Shown here: piece after piece, positions 39,263 to 51,537 of the stretch | Position numbering within the stretch: position 1 is the stretch's first letter | Layout: each line of letters starts with the position of its first letter | Assembly: GCF_006345805.1 (NCBI RefSeq) | Contig: NC_043018.1 | Coordinates: forward strand, 21,390,001-21,454,000 | DNA: 64,000 bases | Reading direction: 5' to 3' | DNA from: Octopus sinensis | Taxonomy: Eukaryota | Notes under the pieces: model-generated | Database searches by the model: none | Told to the model about the DNA's origin: nothing | What the model saw: the letters and a program-made list of their open reading frames with translations, nothing else | Made by a program: the position numbers and the translations under genes

Positions 39263-40557
39263 ACCGTTCCCATCGTCTATGTAGCTCACACTTACATTTC
39301 TTATGGTATACATTGACTCGTCTTTTTTTATCTTTGGTTTTTGCATTTGCCTTAAAATCAAACATTTGGATGAGTTTTACTCGTTTTAGCTTGCTAGTCA
39401 GTATTTGATCTCGTGTCTGATGAAACTGGTATGTCTTCTGAATAATAACTGCAAAATTTTAAACCCACGAGCAATCAATATGGTTTAGTAACATTAAAGA
39501 CAGGGTAATACGAAATGAAATCAGTGGCTCGTTGATGGAAACTCATTAACTGATGGTTGTACTGTGATGCTGGTTCTGACTTTGCTCATGTTATCCACCA
39601 AGAAAAATGTATGGCTCTGATGTATTAATAGAGCCCTCTTCTAGTAGACAGGTTTCATTAGTACAACAATATCTGCATTGAAGTACCACAGCTCAATGGC
39701 TATGAGAGGTGCCTGAGACTTGTGTCGGTGTCTTGAGAATCCTATATCAAGTAAAGTTCGTATATTCTACATAACAAACTTGAATGGAATATTATTTTTC
39801 TGATATTTAAAAAAAACAAACTGTCACTTAATATTCTGACAAACAGGTTTCATACCCAGGAACTGAATTGGGTGCACACATTTTAGATATGTTTCCAATA
39901 CCTGTCTCTAAGTTTATTGAATAGCTTTGCTTTTAAACGAAGCCGCTAATTACATAATTAAATCTGAATATTATTGAGTTGTAAAAGTAATTTTGCATTG
40001 AAACGTTCACATAAATTTAGAACAGTTAAATATTTCAGTACTAAATAACTCATTAATCATAATTGTTTTCCCTATAACCTAATATGCATAATTTTGCTAA
40101 AAATATTTTTAACATATCTAATTGACAGATAAATTATCATAACCTAGAATTCCTATTTTTTATTCTTTCGATGTCTACTGACGTCATCAAAAGTTAAATA
40201 CTAATCCAGCTTTTCTTAGAATATCATATTTCTTTTTAACGTTCTTTTGTATGCGTTCATCAATTAGAGATATTTTCATAGTTCAATATGAATTCAGCCC
40301 ATTTTGGATCGCCTTGATAACGCTGTGTTAGCATTTATTTTTGGATCTATTAATTTGACTGGTATTTTATACCTTGTTCTGCATCTAAATATACTGGCAC
40401 AATAGGAACGATCGTCGGTAATGTATGACTTAATCACCAATTAAAGATGAGGTTTTCTCTATTCTTATTCTTACCTCTTGAAACTCTTCTGAGCGATATG
40501 TCTATTCTACTTGAGTTATTGTTATCTGATTGTTTCATATACTTAACAAAATTCGTG

Positions 40558-40980
40558 GATCTTTTCGGTTTGAACGGCAGTTTTTTCTAGCGGTGTCATA
40601 TGAAATTGTCACCCATAATTATGACCCTAGTATCGATCTATTGCATTTCAATCTGTTTTAGGGTTAGGGTTTGTTAGGGTTAGGGGTGGAGAAAGGTTAT
40701 CTTTTTTTCTTCAGAAATGTAAATAAACCCAATCTGTTTCTAAAACGAGGGACATATTCATACAGCACAGAAAGTTTTCACCTCAATAGACGTCATTGAT
40801 TGGTTGAAATTGCAGAAATTGAAGAAAAAAACAACAAATATTTTACAAACTATAGAATTTTCTCAATAAAGCCAAGAGAAAAAGATGTTTTATAAACAAA
40901 TTCTACCAGTATACGAAGTTTAAAAGTGTTTAGTTACGTGGAAATTATTTTTAAAAACTGCCGTTCAAACCGAAAAGATC
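40558..40980. mobile_element. MITE with ~28-bp terminal inverted repeats and internal TTAGGG-like repeats
   Basis: GATCTTTTCGGTTTGAACGGCAGTTTTT ... AAAAACTGCCGTTCAAACCGAAAAGATC. Confidence 0.8.
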
Positions 40981-41071
40981 TAAATTCGTTTATCACTGAA
41001 TGCTTTATCGATATCTGTCTGTATTTATTAATCTCTTTTTGTTTTTCTGTGTATGTATGTATGTATGTATG

Positions 41072-41102
<31 letters not shown>

Positions 41103-41417
41103 CGGGAAGGTTTACGAAAATAAACAAAAAACGAAGGCAGGTGGAGTACAAACAAACAATTGTATTAGTATGGCGCTCAGGAATAGAAATAAAACAAGTC
41201 TTTTACGTTTCGAGCCTACGCTCATCGACAGAAAGATACACAGAAAAGAAACAAGGAGAGAAAAAATTGCGTGTAGGGGCTAACGATCCAACATGTATGT
41301 ATGTATGTATGTATGTATGTATGTATGTATGTTGTATGTATGTATGTATGATGTATGTATGTATGTATGTATGTATGTATGTATGTATGTATGAATGAAT
41401 GTATGTATGTATGTATG

Positions 41418-41460
<43 letters not shown>

Positions 41461-41479
41461 TATATATAATATATATATA

Positions 41480-41637
41480 CTTTATTTTAAGCAGCAGAAA
41501 ATTCAACAAAATCTGTTACTCTGAGTTTCTCGTTGCCGTTCATCAGACAGTTTTTGCTAGCAAAAACTGTCTGATGAACGGCAACGAGAAACTCAGAGTA
41601 ACAGATTTTGTTGAATTTTCTGCTGCTTAAAATAAAG
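41480..41637. repeat. 158-bp perfect palindrome with no spacer
   Basis: Centre TTTTTGCT|AGCAAAAA at 41558/41559; 79-bp arms match exactly on inspection. Confidence 0.95.
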
Positions 41638-41706
41638 CATATTACTCTACCACTGGTATTTGAGTACTCTTTTTTCCACCTTGTTTCACATTTATGTGTT
41701 TACTCC

Positions 41707-41746
<40 letters not shown>

Positions 41747-41816
41747 TTCATTTATTTATATATTCCATTTTTCGTGTTCACTGCTTCTCGTTGTCTTCGA
41801 TATTAACAGGTGCATA

Positions 41817-41877
41817 ATGAAGATTATCCTTGGCTTCAGCTTCTGTGTTCTTTCATACGCAATGCCACTCAACAATG
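41817..41877 (+). CDS. Knottin gene K3, coding exon 1 (signal peptide MKIILGFSFCVLSYAMPLNN)
   Basis: ttaacag|gtgcataATG, then AATG|gtaggt donor; 61 nt, phase 1. Confidence 0.8.
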
Positions 41878-42235
41878 GTAGGTACTCGCTATGCACAATG
41901 CTTTATAATGAACTGGCAGAGAAAGAGCGAGTGGTGGTCAATGGAAGATGATTGAACGTTAGAGAAAATTGTTTTGAATTTTCTTTGCTGTTTCTTTGGG
42001 TTTTTTTTACTATTATTTAATCAAGTGAGACAGAGAGCGCCGACGCCAATAACTCCATATGCAGTACCCTCCTCCTAAATTACTATGACCCATTGCATTG
42101 GTGTGTTTATCCATACGTTTTCCGTGTCAATGTTTTCTAGGAGTTATGTGTACGTAGGAAGACAACTGTAGACATTTATTTGCACAAAACGTTCATTGTT
42201 TAATACATTTAATCTTATTGTAATGGTGAAGGAAT

Positions 42236-42619
42236 GTGGAGGCGCAATGGCCCAGTGGTTAGGGCAGCGGACTCGCGGTCATAGGATCGCGGTTTCGATT
42301 CCCAGACAGGGCGTTGTGAGTGTTTATTGAGCGAAAACACCTAAAGCTCCACGAGGCTCCGGCAGGGGATGGTGGTGATCCCTGCTGTACTCTTTCACCA
42401 CAACTTTCTCTCACTCTTACTTCCTGTTTCTGTTGTACCTGTATTTCAAAGGGCCGGCCTTGTCACTCTCTGTGTCACGCTGAATATCCCCGAGAACTAC
42501 GTTAAGGGTACACATGTCTGTGGAGTGCTCAGCCACTTACACGTTAATTTCACGAGCAGGCTGTTCCGTTGATTCGGATCAACCGGAACCCTCATCGTCG
42601 TAACCGACGGAGTGCTTCC
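42236..42619 (+). mobile_element. tRNA-derived SINE family F3 with 12-bp target-site duplication
   Basis: GTGGAGGCGCAATGGCCCAGTGGTTAGGGC...GGTTTCGATTCCC head; TSD AATGGTGAAGGA at 42222-42233 and 42626-42637. Other copies at 29838-30222(-), 31493-31876(+), 32620-32993(-), variant 19440-19730(-). Confidence 0.88.
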
Positions 42620-44657
42620 ATATCCAATGGTGAAGGACGCGAATTGGCAGAACCGTTACCTACTCATTCCTTCCAGCTCTTTACGTTCTGAGTTCAAATG
42701 TCGCCAAGATCGACTTTGCTTTCCATTGCTTTCAGGGTCAATAACGTAAGTGTCAGTTCATCAATGGGCTCGTAATCCACTAGCCCACCACCCACGCCGC
42801 TCAGAATTGCTGGATTTGTGCCAAAATTACAAATAATTGCTATTATAAGGATAATAGCTTAAAACCTGGGAGGGGATAATTTAACAATAGATAGAGAACA
42901 TTATTTTCATGTTTAGTTCGCTTATTAAAAAGATTTTAAGTGAATTATTTAACCAATTGTCCAATCAATTAACCGATTTTATGTCTAATCGTTCGAGACC
43001 CGAAAAAAGTTGTTGATGGCTCAAGTCACGAGAGTTGAAGAAAAGTGAGTCTGACCAATAACAATCACACCTGATCACCGTCAATCAAACGCTGAAGATG
43101 TCGCAGCCTAACCATATTTGCTCGTCATTAACCACAGCATATCCAATCTCCCATTTAGCGGGTGTTGACAAAATAGGAAACGCATGATCAATGGAACGCG
43201 CTCTTTCCACTAGTAGAGCACGCACTCCGATCCTATGAGACTTGAACTGGAGCAAGTCAAACCAATCAGGTTTGGTCTTCTCTCTTTTTCTCTTTTACTT
43301 GTTTCAGTCATTTGACTGCGGCCATGCTGGAGCACCGCCTTTAATCGAGCAACTCGACCCCGGGACTTATTCTTTTTGTAAGCCCAGTACTTATTCTATC
43401 GGTCTCTTTTGCCGAACCGCTAAGTGACGGGGACATAAACACACCAGCATCGGTTGTCAAGCAATGCTCGGGGACAAACACAGACACACAAACACACACA
43501 CGCATACACATATATATATATACGACGGGCTTCTTTCAGTTTCCGTCTACCAAATCCACTCACAAGGCTTTGGTCGGCCCGAGGCTATAGTAGAAGACAC
43601 TTGCCCAAGGTGCCACGCAGTGGGACTGAACTCGGAACCATGCGGTTGGTAGACAAGCTACTTACCACACAGCCACTCCTGCATAATCTTCATTATTTTC
43701 TTGAGACAGAATCCTCCTCACCTGTATTTCTTGTTTTATGTTCAATCTTCTTTTAAAGGAAGTGTTTCCTTTTTACTCTTTCGCATTTTCACCCGTAATT
43801 CTTTCTTCCTCATCGTATGGAACTGTGGCGTTACACGTTATTATCCATTTCTTTACTACCCTACTACCCACAAGGGGCTAAACATAGAGGGGGACAAACA
43901 AGGACAGACAAACGAATTAAGTCGATTACATCGACCCCAGTGCGTAACTGGTACTTAATTTATCGACCCCGAAAGGATGAAAGGCAAAGTCGACCTCGGC
44001 GGAATTTGAACTCAGAACGTAGAGACAGACGAAATACCTATTTCTTTACTACCCACAAGGGTCTAAACACAGAGGGGACAAACAAGGACAGACAAACGAA
44101 TTAAGTCGATTACATCGACCCCAGTGCGTAACTGGTACTTAATTTATCGACCCCGAAAGGATGAACGGCAAAGTCGACCTCGGCGGAATTTGAACTCAGA
44201 ACGTAGAGACGGGTGAAATACCTATTTCTTTACTACCCACAAGGGTCTAAACACAGAGGGGACAAACAAGGACAGACAAACGGATTAAGTCGATTACATC
44301 GACCCCAGTGCGTAACTGGTACTTAATTTATCGACCCCGAAAAGGATGAACGGCAAAGTCGACCTCGCGGAATTTGAACTCAGAACGTAACGGCAGACGA
44401 AATACGGCAACGCATTTCGCCCGGCGTGCTAACGTTTCTGCCAGCTCGCCGCCTTATTACACGTTATTATCGTCAAGGGATTACGTATTTGCTCATCTCA
44501 TTAAATTATTAGGCCTAAATGTTTCCTTTGCTATCCTCATACTTCCGGATTGCTGTGCTCTGGAAATTGAGATTTTGATGTTTTTGCACTTGTAACTCAT
44601 TGCTTTCCTTGCTGTTACCTAAAACGTCTCAGTTCTAGCGGTTTGTCTTTATTCGTG

Positions 44658-45050
44658 ACTAGCAGTATCGCCCGGTGTTGCTCGGGTTTGTAAGGGAAAT
44701 AACTATAAAGCATTTTTAGAGAGTTATAGCAAAAAAACAGCAAAAAATGCATTAAAAATGGAAAAAAAATTATGGTAATTTTTTTTTTAAATCGTTGACT
44801 CATCGTAGACATTTTTAGAGAGTTCCCTTTATTTAAAAAATATGCTTTAAATGGAAAAAAAATATGGTAAATTTTTTTTAAAATTGTAGACTCATCGTAG
44901 ACGCGCGCTAATACCCAGAAGGGCTCGATATGAATCGCGACTATAAGATACCCGCTTTTGGTTAAACTGCACCGCAAAATGTGGGAGTAGTTAGGAATCT
45001 AAATCGGAGTAGACAGACACTCACACAACTTCACTTTTATATATATAGAT
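44658..45050 (+). mobile_element. Helitron-like element copy
   Basis: Same termini and body as 15622-16025. Confidence 0.7.
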
Positions 45051-45225
45051 TATTCATCGGTTTGCCCATTGTTAGTGATTATTCAAAATATTTTATATAT
45101 ATACACACTAATCCTTGAAATAAAATCTATTCTATTATAGGTGTCTATCAATTTCAGAAAAGAAGAAATATATATTCCAACCGTGACCACTCTGGCTGTG
45201 TATTTTAGTCATAGTTTTATTAAAA

Positions 45226-45624
45226 ACTAGCAGTATCGCCCGGCGTTGCTCGGGTTTGTAAGGGAAATAACTATATAAGCATTTTTAGAGATGTAAACTA
45301 TAATAGCCATCTCAATATGGCTAACCACAAAGGGGGGTGTGTTACTGTAGCTTTTTACGTTCTGAGATTTAATAATACATTTTTAGAGAGTTACTTCCCT
45401 TATATAATAGCAAAAAAATGCATTAAAAATGGGAAAAATTGATGGTAATTTTTTTTTTAATTCGTAGACTCATTGTAGACGCGCGCTAATACCTAGAAGG
45501 GCTCGATATTAATCACGACTATAAGATACCCGCTTTTGGCTAAACTGCACCGCAAAATGTGGGAGTAGTTAGGAATCTAAATCGTAGGAGACAGACACAC
45601 AACTTCACTTCTATATATAAAGAT
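45226..45624 (+). mobile_element. Helitron-like element copy (variant internal segment)
   Basis: Same termini; carries a gtaaactataatagccatc...ctgagattt insert. Confidence 0.7.
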
Positions 45625-45730
45625 TATAGCATAATTTTATTAAAAATTATAGAATCATTTGCATATTCATGGAATGGACTTCGGTAATTTACATAATTTA
45701 GTTCTTGGATATGTTTTTATCCCGTTTCAG

Positions 45731-45785
45731 ATGGCGCAACTGTCAATAATTCGCAGCATGTCAAAAATAGAAGCTTGGTAGAAAG
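45731..45785 (+). CDS. Knottin gene K3, exon 2 (propeptide DGATVNNSQHVKNRSLVE-R)
   Basis: gtttcag| acceptor and AAAG|gtaaac donor; 55 nt, phase 1 to 2. Confidence 0.85.
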
Positions 45786-45995
45786 GTAAACGACATATAT
45801 CTAATATTGTTTTAGCAGTGTATTGCTGTAATAATTTTTCTCAGAATATTGATCAGTTCTATTGTCGTGTGCGTGTTGTATTCTTTTAAGGAAGGGAAAC
45901 CAGGACCTGCACACGTTTCCTACAAGCAACTTCCATACGGGGAATCGGGAACTCTCTAGAAAGTGAAAAAAAAAAAAAAAAAAAGAATAAGAATG

Positions 45996-46320
45996 TGGAG
46001 GCGCGTGGCTTAGTGGTTAAGGTGTCAGCACCATGATCGTAAGATTGTGGTTTCGATTCCTGGACCGGGCGACGCGTTGTGTTCTTGAGCAAAACATTTC
46101 ATTTCACGTTGCTCCAGTCCACTCAGCTGGCAAAAATTAGTAACGTTGCGATGGACTGACTAGGGAACACGTCCTGCTAAGGAACACATACGCCATAGAA
46201 ACCGGGAAACCGGGCCCATGAGCCTAGTTGGGCTTTAAAAAGGGCGCATTTATTTTAAATGGCGGTGCCCCACCATGGCCACAGCTCGTGAGCTGAAACT
46301 AGATAAAATAAAAATAAAAT
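45996..46320 (+). mobile_element. tRNA-derived SINE family F4 (core-like GTGTTCTTGAGCAA segment)
   Basis: tRNA-like head; also at 19735-19978(-); related variant at 26465-26805(+). Confidence 0.8.
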
Positions 46321-46367
46321 AAAATTCTGAAAACCTGATAACATGCTTAATATGATTATTTCACTTC

Positions 46368-46883
46368 ATCTATATATATAAAACTGTAGTTGTGTGAGTG
46401 TCTGTCCCCTTCGATTTAGATTCCTAACTACTCCCACATTTTGCGGTGCAGTTTAACCAAATTCGGGTATCTTATAGTCGTGATTCATATCGAGCCCGTC
46501 TGAATATTAGCGCGCGTCTACGATGAGTCTACGATTTTAAAAATAATTTAACATCATTTTTTATTCCATTTTAATGCATAATTTTTCGTGTGTCGATGGC
46601 GGCGGAGTTGGCGTCCATGATCACACCTGCACCTGTTTGCTTCTCCCCCTTCTTCCCTCCCTCGTGAAGCTGTGGGGAAGGGAGTGTAAGGAAATCAACG
46701 TCGTAAAGCGTTGTCAAGGAGACCAGCGTTCTTTTAGAACAACGACTTCATGGCTTGAAGACACCAAAACAGAAATGGCTAAGAAAGCCCGAATTGGCAT
46801 CTATAAGGGAAGTAACTCTCTAAAAAATGCTTATATAGTTATTTCCCTTACAAACCCGAGCAATGCCGGGCGATACTGCTAGT
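46368..46883 (-). mobile_element. Helitron-like element copy with extra GC-rich internal segment
   Basis: Reverse complement of both termini; extra sequence at about 46580-46800. Confidence 0.7.
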
Positions 46884-47665
46884 AAAATATAAAATCCTCC
46901 AATTGTTTCAAGCAGAGAATCATTTGCATGCTTCGAAGGCAGTAATGCCCCCCCCCCCAATCAGAAGTGTTTCCTCACTGTTATGTTGTTTGCCTTCAGT
47001 TTCTCGGTGGCTGTGTGGTAAGAAGCTTGCTTCCCAATCACATGGTTTCGGATTCAGTCCCACATTGTGACAATTTGGGCAAGTGTCTTCTGCTACAGCC
47101 TCGGGCCGACCAAAGCCTTGTGAGTGTATTTGATAGACGGAAACTGAAAGAAGCCCCTCGTATATACACACACACACACACATGCGTGTGTGTGTGTCTT
47201 TGTGCCTATGTTGGTCCCCCCCATCGCTGCTTCACAACCGGTGTTGGTGTGTTTACATCCGCATTACTTAAGAGTTCGGCTAAAGAACCGAGAGAATAAG
47301 TACGAGGCTTAAGAGAAAAGAAAAAAATTCCTGTCGATAATTCTTCAAGACTTTGTCCAAACGTCCGCAGTCTAATAACTGAAGCAAGTAAAGGATAATT
47401 TTTTTTAAAAATATGCTTGAAAACACACTCAAAAGACTTAGTCATGCAAATCCGACTTATTTCTTGTAATAGTGTAGGTCTGCTTTACCACCGTAGATTC
47501 TGGCAATTTTCTTCTGAAAGATTTAGTTAAATATGATCGTTTATCACAAGCTGCTAAAGCCAATAGTCTCAACGTAACCCTAAAGAAACTGCAAGATTAC
47601 TAACAATCCCTAAGTCAAGTGTATCTATCTATTTATATTATATCGGTCAGTGTGCATACTTATGT

Positions 47666-50600
47666 GTGTATGTATGTATGTATGTATGTATGTATGTATG
47701 TATGTATGTATGTATGAATGTATGTATGTATGAATGTATGAATGCATGTATGTATGTATGTATGTATGTATGTATGTATGAATGTATGTATGTATGTATG
47801 TATGTATGTATGTATGTATGAATGCATGTATGTATGTATGTATGTATGAATGTATGTATGTATGTATGTATGTATGTATGTATGTATGTATGTATGAATG
47901 TATGTATGTATGTATGTATGTATGTATGTATGTATGAATGTATGTATGAATGCATGTATGTATGAATGTATGTATGTATGTATGTATGTATGAATGCATG
48001 CATGTATGTATGTATGTATGTATGTATGTATGTATGTATGAATGCATGCATGCATGCATGAATGTATGTATGTATGTATGTATGTATGTATGTATGTATG
48101 TATGTATGTATGTATGTATGTATGTATGTATGTATGTATGTATGAATGTATGTATGTATGTATGTATGTATGTATGTATGTATGAATGTATGTATGTATG
48201 TATGTATGTATGTATGTATGTATGAATGTATGTATGAATGTATGTATGTATGTATGTATGTATGTATGTATGTATGTATGTATGTATGTATGTATGTATG
48301 TATGCATGCATGCATGCATGGATGTATGTATGTATGTATGTATGTATGTATGTATGTATGTATGTATGTATGTATGTATGAATGCATGTATGAATGTATG
48401 TATGTATGTATGTATGAATGTATGCATGTATGTATGCATGTATGTATGTATGAATGTATGTATGTATGTATGTATGTATGTATGTATGTATGTATGTATG
48501 TATGTATGTATGTATGTATGTATGAATGTATGTATGTATGTATGCATGTATGTATGAATGTATGTATGTATGTATGTATGAATGTATGTATGTATGTATG
48601 CATGTATGTATGAATGTATGTATGGATGTATGTATGTATGTATGTATGTATGTATGTATGTATGAATGCATGTATGTATGAATGTATGTATGTATGTATG
48701 TATGTATGTATGTATGTATGCATGCATGTATGTATGAATGTATGTATGAATGTATGTATGTATGTATGTATGTATGAATGTATGTATGTATGTATGTATG
48801 TATGTATGTATGTATGTATGTATGAATGCATGTATGTATGAATGTATGTATGTATGAATGTATGTATGTATGTATGAATGTATGTATGTATGAATGTATG
48901 TATGTATGTATGTATGTATGTATGTATGTATGTATGTATGAATGTATGTATGTATGTATGTATGTATGCATGTATGTATGAATGTATGTATGTATGTATG
49001 TATGTATGCATGTATGTATGAATGTATGTATGTATGTATGAATGTATGTATGTATGAATGTATGTATGTATGTATGTATGTATGTATGTATGAATGTATG
49101 TATGTATGTATGTATGTATGTATGTATGTATGAATGTATGTATGTATGTATGAATGTATGTATGTATGAATGTATGTATGTATGTATGTATGTATGAATG
49201 CATGTATGTATGAATGTATGTATGTATGTATGTATGTATGAATGCATGTATGTATGAATGTATGTATGTATGTATGTATGTATGAATGTATGTATGTATG
49301 TATGTATGTATGTATGTATGTATGAATGTATGTATGTATGAATGTATGTATGTATGTATGAATGTATGTATGAATGTATGAATGTATGTATGTATGTATG
49401 TATGTATGTATGTATGCATGTATGTATGAATGCATGTATGTATGTATGTATGTATGTATGTATGTATGTATGTATGTATGTATGAATGTATGTATGTATG
49501 AATGTATGTATGTATGAATGTATGTATGTATGTATGATGTATGTATGTATGTATGTATGTATGTATGTATGCATGTATGTATGAATGTATGTATGTATGA
49601 ATGTATGTATGTATGAATGTATGTATGTATGTATGAATGTATGTATGTATGAATGTATGTATGTATGTATGAATGTATGTATGTATGTATGTATGTATGT
49701 ATGTATGTATGAATGTATGTATGTATGTATGTATGTATGTATGTATGTATGAATGTATGTATGTATGTATGAATGTATGTATGTATGAATGTATGTATGT
49801 ATGTACGTATGTATGAATGCATGTATGTATGAATGTATGTATGTATGTATGTATGTATGAATGCATGTATGTATGAATGTATGTATGTATGTATGTATGT
49901 ATGAATGTGTGTATGTATGTATGTATGTATGTATGTATGTATGTATGTATGTATGTATGAATGTATGTATGTATGAATGTATGTATGTATGTATGAATGT
50001 ATGTATGTATGTATGAATGTATGTATGTATGTATGTATGTATGCATGCATGTATGTATGAATGTATGTATGTATGAATGTATGTATGTATGAATGTATGT
50101 ATGTATGTATGTATGTATGTATGAATGTATGTATGTATGTATGTATGTATGTATGTATGAATGTATGTATGTATGAATGTATGTATGTATGTATGAATGT
50201 ATGTATGTATGAATGTATGTATGTATGTATGTATGTATGAATGTATGTATGTATGTATGTATGAATGTATGTATGTATGTATGTATGTATGTATGTATGT
50301 ATGTATGTATGAATGTATGTATGTAATGTATGTATGTATGTATGTATGAATGTATGTATGTATGTATGTATGTATGTATGAATGTATGTATGTATGTATG
50401 TATGAATGTATGTATGTATGTATGTATGTATGAATGTATGTATGTATGTATGTATGTATGTATGTATGTATGTATGTATGTATGCATGTATGTATGTATG
50501 AATGTATGTATGTATGTATGTATGAATGTATGAATGTATGTATGTATGTATGTATGTATGTATGAATGCATGTATGAATGTATGTATGTATGTATGTATG

Positions 50601-50876
50601 AATGTATGTATGTATGAATGCATGTATGTATGTATGTATGTATGTATGTATGAATGTATGTATGTATGTATGTATGTATGTATGTATGTATGTATGTATG
50701 TATGAATGTATGTATGTATGTATGTATGTATGTATGTATGTATGAATGCATGTATGTATGAATGTATGTATGTATGTATGTATGTATGTATGAATGTATG
50801 TATGAATGTATGTATGTATGTATGTATGTATGTATGTATGTATGTATGAATGTATGTATGTATGAATGTATGTATG

Positions 50877-50908
<32 letters not shown>

Positions 50909-51094
50909 TGTATGTATGTATGTATGAATGAATGTATGTATGTATGTATGTATGTATGTATGTATGTATGAATGTATGTATGTATGTATGTATGTATGTA
51001 TGAATGTATGTATGAATGTATGTATGTATGTATGTATGTATGTATGTATGTATGTATGTATGTATGTATGTATGTATGTATGTATGTATATGTA
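47666..51094. repeat. ~3.4-kb (TATG)n array with GAAT/GCAT variants in K3 intron 2
   Basis: Direct inspection; the >1000-aa HTYI ORFs are artefacts. Confidence 0.97.
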
Positions 51095-51344
51095 TAGCAA
51101 AAATATTTTTTTCCTCTGTCTTCCCTTCTTGAGATCTTTCCTTCTCCGTATTTCCGACGAAGAGCTCCGCTCGAAACGTCAAACCCTCCTTCTTCCCTTC
51201 TTTCCTGAGTGTCAAACAATACTTTAATTGTTCCACGTCCTCGCGTTGCTGTGTTTTTTTCTGTGTTTTCTTGTTTGGATTAACTGTATGTATACGGCTT
51301 GATTCGCAGTCTTATTCTTTCTTTCAATGCTTTTTTATTGGCAG

Positions 51345-51537
51345 AGGGAGACAGAAGAGAGGCGACATACTCTGTGCACAATGGCAATGGACATGTAAGG
51401 AAGTGCCGAGGTCACCAGATGTAACTTGCTGTGATGGCTTCTTCTGTAAATGTAACCCCTTCTGGAGATCAAACTGTCGGTGCCAATCATTAAGTCTTTC
51501 GGACACGGCACTTGAGGGCTGCCGAAAACGAAAGTGA
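51345..51537 (+). CDS. Knottin gene K3, terminal exon: GRQKR + 8-Cys agatoxin-like peptide
   Basis: ttttattggcag| acceptor, phase 2. Translation GRQKRGDILCAQWQWTCKEVPRSPDVTCCDGFFCKCNPFWRSNCRCQSLSLSDTALEGCRKRK*. The CKCNPFWRSNCRCQ segment resembles the CRCNLWGTNCRCQ segment of arthropod agatoxin-like peptides. Confidence 0.9.

Noticed and set aside
39620-39705. Minus-strand CRYCCTNETCL, resembling a Ly6 C-terminal motif
   Set aside because: In-frame stop a few codons upstream, no Asn after the last Cys, and no supporting exons.
40475-40525. Minus-strand exon-like segment with a GAG|gtaaga donor (DNNNSSRIDISLRRVSR)
   Set aside because: 51 nt, phase 1-1, weak acceptor, and no partner signal or knottin exon found.
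47625-51236. ORFs of 1146-1203 aa (HTYI repeats) and similar YI/CV/HT-rich ORFs throughout
   Set aside because: Translations of (TATG)n, (TA)n and (CA)n microsatellites, which lack stop codons.
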